From Thermodesulfobacterium commune DSM 2178 (GTDB lineage: Bacteria > Desulfobacterota > Thermodesulfobacteria > Thermodesulfobacteriales > Thermodesulfobacteriaceae), in NCBI RefSeq assembly GCF_000734015.1, contig NZ_CP008796.1, forward strand, positions 1,110,001 through 1,142,000: DNA of 32,000 bases. Direction: 5' to 3'. Below the pieces are notes generated by a model, which made no database searches, had not been told where the DNA came from, and saw only the letters and a list, made by a program, of their open reading frames with translations. Position numbers and translations under genes: made by a program. Every line of letters starts with the position of its first letter. Position 1 is the stretch's first letter. Of this stretch, positions 26,728 through 32,000 are shown piece after piece.

Positions 26728-28872
26728 TTATAAAATTAACCTTGCAAGATGATAAACTACAAAAGATACTATCCAGGCAACGATAAAGGTAACCAAAATT
26801 ATCTGACAAACGAACTTAAAGGATCCTGCTTCTATCCTCACGGTTGCTGCATAAACCATGCATGGAAAATATAGGAGTACAAAAACCATAAAAGAAAGAG
26901 CTGAAGCAGGGGTAAACCTATTTTGAAGTTCAGATAAAATACCTGTACCTTCTTCTGATACCTCTGCCGTGAGGGTAACGATCCTAAAAGTAGAGATCAG
27001 ATTAACCCCTACTTCTTTTGTTTTTTCAGCAAAAAGCAAAATCAATTCTTTAAGGTCTTCTTTAAAAGAAAGTTCCTCTTGGGGATTATCTTCAACATCT
27101 CCACCATAAATTTGTGCCATCGTTGAAACTATAACCTCTTTTGCAGGAAACCCTGCCAAAAGGCTGGCACTACTTGCCCAATCTCCAAAACCGAGAGGTT
27201 TAAAAATAGGGGCTATCAGATGTCCTGTTTTGCCTAAGATTGAGTCTTCAGGTTTTTCAGGCTTCCAGGGAAGGTTCAGTGCCATCCATATGAGAACATT
27301 AAACGCCAAAACCAAAGTCCCTGCTTTGACCACAAAATGTTTTAGCTTAAGCCAGGTGTGGATGGCAAGATTTTTAAGGGTAGGGATACGATAAGGCGGT
27401 AGTTCCATGATGAAAGGTCCGCTAACCCCCTTAAAATAGGTTTTGTGAAGAATAACAGCAAGGCTAAGAGCTACAGCTATACCCAACAGATAGATGAAAA
27501 GAAGCACCGCTGCTGAGTGAGTTGCAAAAAAAGCTGCCACAAACAAAGCATAAACTGGCAGTCTTGCTCCACAAGACATAAAAGGAACTATAAACATCGT
27601 AAGTTTTCTCTCATGCTCCTGTTCTAAAGTTCTACAAGCATATACAGACGAAACATTACAACCAAACCCCATAAGAAGAGGGATAAAAGCTTTTCCCTGA
27701 AGACCAAAGTATCTCATGATTCTATCCATAAGAAAAGCCGCCCTTGCCATATAACCTGTAGCTTCAAGAAAGGTTATCATAAACATGATCATCCCGATGA
27801 TAGGAATAAAAGACAACACAGTCCCTACTCCTACCCAAATACCATCCACCATAAGGGAAATTAACCAGTCTGTTATCCCTGCAGAGGAAAGCCCTGCCTC
27901 TATCCATTTTCTAAAAACTTCATTTATAGCTTTGTCCAAAAAATCTATGTAAGGGTTAGCTACATCAAACGCAACCTTAAAAGAAAGCCACATCACCAGA
28001 AGAAAAAGAGGTATACCTAAGATCCTGTTTAAAACTATCTTGTCTATCTTTTCTGTAAAGGTCTCCCGTCTGATTTCTGGACGTTGAAGCACCATTTTGG
28101 CAATCCCGGTTGCTAAACCATACCTGACATCAAGCAAGTAATCACTAAACTCTACCTCGTGGACTGTCTTAATGTGTTTGAGGATGTTTTCTATTTCTCT
28201 TCTATCAAGCTCAATACCCAACTTTTTTAAAAGATCCTCCTCTCCCTCTAACAACTTAAAAACCACAGCCAAGCTTACCCTTTCTAAATCCGGTTTTACC
28301 GCTTTTATACGGTATAAAATCGTTTTTATTAAATCCTCTAACTCCTCTCCATAAGGAAGCTTAGTTGGCACGATTGCCCTTTCAAAGACTTCGATCAAGG
28401 CCTCCTTAATTTCTTCAACTCCCTGTTCTTTCACCGCTACCGTTGGGATTGCCTTTACTTTAAGGATTTCTTGTAAAAGTTCTATGTCTACCTTATATCC
28501 AAGTTTTTTTGCCTCATCAAACATATTCAAGGCAATTACCATAGGCTTTTCAAGTTCTATCAGTTGTACCACAAAATAAAGGTTTCTTTCAAGATTTGTG
28601 GTATCAACCACACATAAAATAACGTCGTAGTCTTCAAGAAAGAGAAAATCTCTGGTAATGGTTTCGTCTACGGTATAAGGGGTTAAACTGTAAGTACCAG
28701 GCAAGTCGATGAAGTGTAAAATATAATTTTTATAGGATAGTTTTGCCTGTTTTTTTTCTACCGTTACCCCAGGCCAGTTGCCAACTTGAAGGTTAGCCTT
28801 GGCAATGGCGTTTATCAAACTTGATTTACCTGTGTTAGGATTACCAACCACTGCTATCTTTATTTCTTTCAT
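26728..28872 (-). CDS. feoB: Ferrous iron transporter FeoB
   Basis: 714 aa. N-terminal G domain (VGNPNTGKSSL, DLPGTYSL) followed by a polytopic membrane domain. Confidence 0.93.
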   Translation of the reverse strand: MKEIKIAVVGNPNTGKSSLINAIAKANLQVGNWPGVTVEKKQAKLSYKNYILHFIDLPGTYSLTPYTVDETITRDFLFLEDYDVILCVVDTTNLERNLYFVVQLIELEKPMVIALNMFDEAKKLGYKVDIELLQEILKVKAIPTVAVKEQGVEEIKEALIEVFERAIVPTKLPYGEELEDLIKTILYRIKAVKPDLERVSLAVVFKLLEGEEDLLKKLGIELDRREIENILKHIKTVHEVEFSDYLLDVRYGLATGIAKMVLQRPEIRRETFTEKIDKIVLNRILGIPLFLLVMWLSFKVAFDVANPYIDFLDKAINEVFRKWIEAGLSSAGITDWLISLMVDGIWVGVGTVLSFIPIIGMIMFMITFLEATGYMARAAFLMDRIMRYFGLQGKAFIPLLMGFGCNVSSVYACRTLEQEHERKLTMFIVPFMSCGARLPVYALFVAAFFATHSAAVLLFIYLLGIAVALSLAVILHKTYFKGVSGPFIMELPPYRIPTLKNLAIHTWLKLKHFVVKAGTLVLAFNVLIWMALNLPWKPEKPEDSILGKTGHLIAPIFKPLGFGDWASSASLLAGFPAKEVIVSTMAQIYGGDVEDNPQEELSFKEDLKELILLFAEKTKEVGVNLISTFRIVTLTAEVSEEGTGILSELQNRFTPASALSFMVFVLLYFPCMVYAATVRIEAGSFKFVCQIILVTFIVAWIVSFVVYHLARLIL

Positions 28873-29099
28873 CCTATCACCTCCACCTCTATCAACTCTG
28901 CCTCTTTTTTTCTGATAGAAAGATGATATCCTCGCACTTCTACATCTACAGGGTCAGCAAGAGGAGCAATCCTAACTATTTGAAGCTCAACCCCAGGGGT
29001 TATACCCATTTCCTTTAGGCGTTGTTTTACCGATGGCGGTCCTTCAACAGAAACTACTTTAACTCTCTTCCCTAAATTAACCTTAGAAAGTTTGGGCAT
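28869..29099 (-). CDS. feoA: Ferrous iron transport protein FeoA
   Basis: 76 aa. LGKRVKVVSV...RLKEMGITPGVELQIVRIAPLADPVDVEV..HLSIRKKEAELIEV is the FeoA SH3-like pattern. It overlaps feoB by 4 nt. Confidence 0.88.
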   Translation of the reverse strand: MPKLSKVNLGKRVKVVSVEGPPSVKQRLKEMGITPGVELQIVRIAPLADPVDVEVRGYHLSIRKKEAELIEVEVIG

Positions 29100-29115
29100 C
29101 GGTTTTCACCTCCTT

Positions 29116-29790
29116 TTAAGATTTGGTTATCAAACCTAACCAACCCCTTATTCTTTCCTCCATGCTAAGAAAAATGTCTACTATTTCTGGGTCAAACTGA
29201 GAACCTGAGCCTTTTTTGAGTTCTTCCAAAGCTTCTTCGAAACTTAAAGGTTCTCTGTAAGGGCGATTGTCTGTCATCGCAGAAAAAGCGTCAGCTACAG
29301 CTATTATCCTTGCTCCAAGAGGTATTTCCCGTTTTTTTAGACCTGCAGGATAACCCTTTCCATCCCATCTTTCATGATGATAAAGCACCATCTCTATAAC
29401 CCCACCTTTGCCTTGAAAAATCCTGATATCCTTGAGATAATCTGCCCCAATCACTGGATGTTTTTTGACTATATTCCACTCCTGCTGTGTTAAAGGACCT
29501 GGTTTTTTCAAGATTTCATCAGGTAGAGCAAACTTTCCGATATCATGGAGATGTCCTGCTATATGAATAAGGTCTGCCAGTTTAGGAGGAAGCCCTAAGG
29601 CTAAAGCAAGCATGTAGCTTAACACAGCTACTTTTTCTGAGTGGTATTTGGTATACAGGTCTTTACTTTCCATGAGATTGGTCAAGACTTCACAAATTTG
29701 ATGAACAGTAACCATCAGAGGTTGACATTTTTCTATCTGACAACATAATTCTACGATTTCAGGGTCATAAAGGCACTGTTTGGCCAACAT
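29116..29790 (-). CDS. HD-GYP domain c-di-GMP phosphodiesterase
   Basis: 224 aa. HLHDIGKFALP and YHHERWDGKGYP are the HD and GYP signatures. Confidence 0.88.
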   Translation of the reverse strand: MLAKQCLYDPEIVELCCQIEKCQPLMVTVHQICEVLTNLMESKDLYTKYHSEKVAVLSYMLALALGLPPKLADLIHIAGHLHDIGKFALPDEILKKPGPLTQQEWNIVKKHPVIGADYLKDIRIFQGKGGVIEMVLYHHERWDGKGYPAGLKKREIPLGARIIAVADAFSAMTDNRPYREPLSFEEALEELKKGSGSQFDPEIVDIFLSMEERIRGWLGLITKS

Positions 29791-29795
29791 CTTCC

Positions 29796-30554
29796 CTACT
29801 CCTCACAAACAGAAACTGAGTTCTTCCCAGACCTTTTTGCTTGATAAAGGGCCTTATCAGTCATTTCAAAAAGTAGTTCCAGGGGTCTAACCGGGGGAGC
29901 TCCACAAATCCCAAGACTTACGGTAACTTTTAAAGGTTGACCCTGCCACCAGACAACATGGTTAGCCACAGCCCTTCTTATACGCTCGGCAATCAACTTT
30001 CCTAACTCAAGGGTAGTATTTTTTAATAACAAGGCTATTTCCTCTCCACCCCATCTAACAGCCAGGTCTGTTTTCCTGAGGTTGGTTTTGATGACTTGAG
30101 AGATATCTTTTAAAACCCTATCTCCTGCTTGGTGCCCAAAGGTGTCGTTGAATCTTTTAAAATCATCCACATCTGCTAAAACCAAGCAATACGGTGGGTT
30201 GGCTAACTCTTTTCTTAAGAGATTTTCAGCAAACTGTCGTGTTAGAAGACCTGTCAACTGGTCAACCCTTGCAAAATCTCTCAACATCTCATAGGAGGTT
30301 TTCAACGGTCTAACCAAGATATACTTTAGGAATGCTTTATCTAAAGCTACTCTACTTTCGTTAAACCTGACTACCACCCTATCTCCAAAAGGGTCCTGAT
30401 GGATAATTTCTACCAAAGTTCCCTCCTGAACGCCAATGCTTTTTAACCTCAGGCTTAAGTCAAAGGAAGAAATACATATCACCTCAGCCAATTCTCCTAA
30501 TGGGAAGTTAGACAGGGGATAAACGGTAAATTTTTGACATTTTCGTATACTCAT
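29796..30554 (-). CDS. FeoA-domain / GGDEF-domain fusion protein (putative diguanylate cyclase)
   Basis: 252 aa. The N-terminus is FeoA-like: LGELAEVICI...RLKSIGVQEGTLVEIIHQDPFGDRVVVRFNESRVALDKAFLKYILV. The C-terminus is GGDEF-like: DVDDFKRFNDTFGHQAGD and RWGGEEIALLL. An RKTD I-site-like motif lies 5 residues before GGEEI. Strong SD AAGGAGGGAGG. Confidence 0.8.
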   Translation of the reverse strand: MSIRKCQKFTVYPLSNFPLGELAEVICISSFDLSLRLKSIGVQEGTLVEIIHQDPFGDRVVVRFNESRVALDKAFLKYILVRPLKTSYEMLRDFARVDQLTGLLTRQFAENLLRKELANPPYCLVLADVDDFKRFNDTFGHQAGDRVLKDISQVIKTNLRKTDLAVRWGGEEIALLLKNTTLELGKLIAERIRRAVANHVVWWQGQPLKVTVSLGICGAPPVRPLELLFEMTDKALYQAKRSGKNSVSVCEE

Positions 30555-30574
30555 CCCTGCCTCCCTCCTTTTAA

Positions 30575-30907
30575 CTATGATTTATGGTTTGTTTTAAGAA
30601 CCATTATTTTCATCGCCAGTTTTCGGCTTAGCGCGATAAAAGTTTCTTCTACCCTAAGAAGAATAGGATTACCTGGCTTGTTTTGTTTTACCTCTACTAC
30701 CTGCCCGGGTTTAAGCCCCATAGACCCAATCTTTTGGTTAACAACATCTTTTTTACCTCTTAGACAACACTTAACACCACCACAACCTCTACAGGTATAC
30801 CAAGAATCAACCTTTAAGTCTGAAGAAAGAGAATAGATTTTGCCAAGCTCTCCTTCTCTAAGAAGAGCTAAAGGGATTAATCCCTTTTCTTTTAAACCCT
30901 CAACCAT
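30575..30907 (-). CDS. FeoA-like protein with a Cys-rich insertion
   Basis: 110 aa. The FeoA-like ends are LREGELGKIYSL... and ...IGSMGLKPGQVVEVKQNKPGNPILLRVEETFIALSRKLAMKIMV. They flank an inserted SWYTCRGCGGVKCCLRGKK. SD GGGAGG. Confidence 0.65.
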   Translation of the reverse strand: MVEGLKEKGLIPLALLREGELGKIYSLSSDLKVDSWYTCRGCGGVKCCLRGKKDVVNQKIGSMGLKPGQVVEVKQNKPGNPILLRVEETFIALSRKLAMKIMVLKTNHKS

Positions 30908-30967
30908 GTCTGACCTCCCTTATTTAATTTATTCTGCATTTCATTTGCAATAAATAGACAAAAAAAT

Positions 30968-31246
30968 TTAGGCATGCACCCTTAACTGGGTAATAAGTTT
31001 TTTGATTCTACAAAGACCTTTGGACCGGCAAAAGATACATTTTTTCTTACCGCAACTTTTAGCAAGCTTAACAAGCTCATGAGATACACATCCTGTTATT
31101 ATGATTATGTAATCAGCTGATGAAAGGGTATAAGGAGCTTGAGGAGACCATCTGTTAATAAACCTGAGTTTCAGCTGGTTTTCTTTAGCATATTCTTCTA
31201 ACTAAGGTTTTAACCTATCGTGCCCTCCTACGACCACAACTGTCAT
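30968..31246 (-). pseudogene. DUF2325-like gene with an in-frame TAG at codon 15
   Basis: Hand translation gives MTVVVVGGHDRLKP*LEEYAKENQLKLRFINRWSPQAPYTLSSADYIIIITGCVSHELVKLAKSCGKKKCIFCRSKGLCRIKKLITQLRVHA*. The TAG is at 31204..31202. SD AGGAGGG lies upstream. There is no alternative start after the stop. Confidence 0.55.
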
Positions 31247-31294
31247 ACCTACCCTCCTGTTTGTTTTTACCATCCTGCTTTTTAAAATTGCAAT

Positions 31295-31309
31295 TGAAAT
31301 TAAATCTCA
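31295..31309. promoter_or_regulatory. Fur-family-like 7-1-7 dyad overlapping a minus-strand promoter
   Basis: The minus strand reads TGAGATT-T-AATTTCA, within the larger AATTGA-N9-TCAATT (31292..31312). It overlaps the putative -10 TAAATT (31314..31309), which lies 16 nt downstream of TTGACA (31336..31331). That promoter faces the DUF2325/feo genes. Confidence 0.35.
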
Positions 31310-31390
31310 ATTTACTCATATTTTTTATTTTGTCAAGTCTTTTTAGAATGTTTAAATTTTAAATTTTTAGGGTATTTGAATTTTTACCCC

Positions 31391-31418
31391 TTGACAAAAT
31401 TTTATCCTGCATTATAAT
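31391..31418 (+). promoter_or_regulatory. Consensus sigma-70-type promoter of the peroxiredoxin gene
   Basis: TTGACA (31391..31396), a 16-nt spacer, then TATAAT (31413..31418). Confidence 0.6.
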
Positions 31419-31438
31419 TCTTATTAAAAATTAGTTTT

Positions 31439-31452
31439 AATTAAAAATAATT
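31439..31452. promoter_or_regulatory. Second copy of the AATTAAAAATAATT dyad (candidate operator)
   Basis: An exact 14-mer match to 13919..13932. It lies between the -10 and the SD (AGGAGG 31455..31460) of the peroxiredoxin gene. Confidence 0.4.
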
Positions 31453-31466
31453 ACAGGAGGTGGGTT

Positions 31467-32000
31467 ATGGAAGAGGTAAAAGAAGTAATCAGTATGCCAA
31501 GGATTGGAGACCAAGCTCCAAGTTTTGAGGCTATGACCACGATGGGACCTATCAAGTTTCCAGAAGACTTTAAAGGACAGTGGGTGGTGTTCTTTTCCCA
31601 TCCGGCAGACTTTACTCCAGTTTGTTCTACCGAGTTTTTAGCCTTTGCTCAGATGAACGAAGAGTTTGCCAAAAGAAACGTTCAGCTTTTAGGTTTAAGC
31701 ATAGACAGCGTGTTCTCTCACATCGCCTGGGCTATGAACCTAAAAGAAAAAACCGGAATAGAGATTCCCTTCCCTATAGTAGCTGATGCTGATGGTAGAG
31801 TAGCAAAGCTTTATGGGATGTTACATCCAGGAGAAAGTTCCACCGCTACCGTAAGGGCTGTTTTTATCATAGACCCTAACGGTAAGATAAGGGCTATAAT
31901 TTACTATCCTCTTTCTGCAGGAAGAAACATGAGAGAAATCTTAAGGTTGATTGATGCCTTACAAACTGCTGACAAGCATGGGGTAGCCACTCCTGCCAAC
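31467..32000 (+). CDS. Peroxiredoxin (Prx6/1-Cys-like AhpC/TSA family), truncated by the window edge
   Basis: The ATG at 31467 opens a frame that runs to the window end: [57 protein letters not shown]... This includes the peroxidatic Cys motif. The ORF is open-ended, so it is absent from the track. The track ORF 31580..31786 is off-frame inside it. Confidence 0.88.
   Translation, partial: MEEVKEVISMPRIGDQAPSFEAMTTMGPIKFPEDFKGQWVVFFSHPADFTPVCSTEFLAFAQMNEEFAKRNVQLLGLSIDSVFSHIAWAMNLKEKTGIEIPFPIVADADGRVAKLYGMLHPGESSTATVRAVFIIDPNGKIRAIIYYPLSAGRNMREILRLIDALQTADKHGVATPAN

Noticed and set aside
30908-30967. TGCATTTCATTTGCA (a TGCA-N7-TGCA dyad) upstream of the first feoA-like gene as a Fur box or promoter.
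   Set aside because: Only the self-complementary TGCA ends pair, and similarity to Fur-type operators is poor. Any -10 here would lie almost on top of the SD. The dyad at 31292..31312 is a better candidate.
42-31786. Track ORFs lying antisense to, or off-frame within, well-supported genes: 42..293, 303..578, 413..601, 3449..3880, 4400..4732, 6135..6374, 7300..7512, 9058..9291, 12286..12486, 12654..12845, 13307..13495, 13520..13786, 16865..17059, 18155..18451, 20847..21140, 22874..23125, 23328..23555, 23350..23637, 23775..24053, 26135..26320, 28172..28354, 30534..30836, 31580..31786.
   Set aside because: Each is fully or largely contained in a gene with clear family motifs on the other strand or in another frame. 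Their translations are low-complexity (S/L/F/K-rich), with no recognisable motifs and no SD. These are typical shadow ORFs of AT-rich coding DNA.
1-32000. Stop-codon reassignment (TAA/TAG read as sense) as an explanation for the several in-frame stops.
   Set aside because: TAA, TAG and TGA all terminate many well-delimited genes in this window at the expected family lengths, for example ribD (TAG), coaE (TAA) and yebC (TGA). Global reassignment is therefore not supported.
1-32000. CRISPR arrays, transposases/IS elements, integrases, restriction-modification or other recognisable defence systems.
   Set aside because: I saw no spaced direct repeats and no ORFs with transposase, integrase, Cas, methyltransferase or nuclease-NTPase defence signatures. 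The only mobile element identified is the nrdD intein.

Overview
Mostly housekeeping chromosomal window. It looks like an anaerobic, probably thermophilic, diderm bacterium of the sulfate-reducer type. That is inferred from K/E-rich proteins, desulfoferrodoxin/rubredoxin/flavodiiron genes and a class III ribonucleotide reductase. No database search was possible, so all calls rest on motifs read from the translations.

Layout:
- ruvC (partial) and yebC on the minus strand, then tRNA-Leu(CAA) followed by about 640 bp with no intact ORF.
- A plus-strand operon: flavin reductase, TPR protein, DUF1992, ribD.
- A long minus-strand run: coaE, rluD, HDAC-like gene, ribF, carA, prfB (with its +1 frameshift site).
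- An oxygen-defence operon: dfx, three tandem rubredoxins, a DsrE-like gene, a flavodiiron protein, a HEAT-like protein.
- rpmI-rplT-pheS-pheT-ihfA-merR, then panB and ruvB.
- A plus-strand nrdD locus.
- Minus strand again: xth, a porin, and a feo operon.
- A peroxiredoxin running off the right edge.

Four genes are missing from the ORF track: ruvC (1..77), a 53-aa rubredoxin (12886..13047), the peroxiredoxin (31467..32000) and a DUF2325 gene carrying an in-frame stop.

Most interesting observations:
1. nrdD carries a 316-codon LAGLIDADG intein. It also terminates at a TAA before its glycyl-radical motif. That motif lies in a separate 60-codon ORF in the same frame with its own strong SD. A frame-broken Cys-rich mini-ORF follows, where nrdG might be expected.
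2. The feo operon contains three FeoA-domain genes. One is fused to a GGDEF cyclase and one carries a CxxC..CC insertion. An HD-GYP phosphodiesterase sits among them.
3. An identical 14-bp dyad lies in the promoter regions of both dfx and the peroxiredoxin gene.

No CRISPR array, transposase or recognisable defence system was seen.
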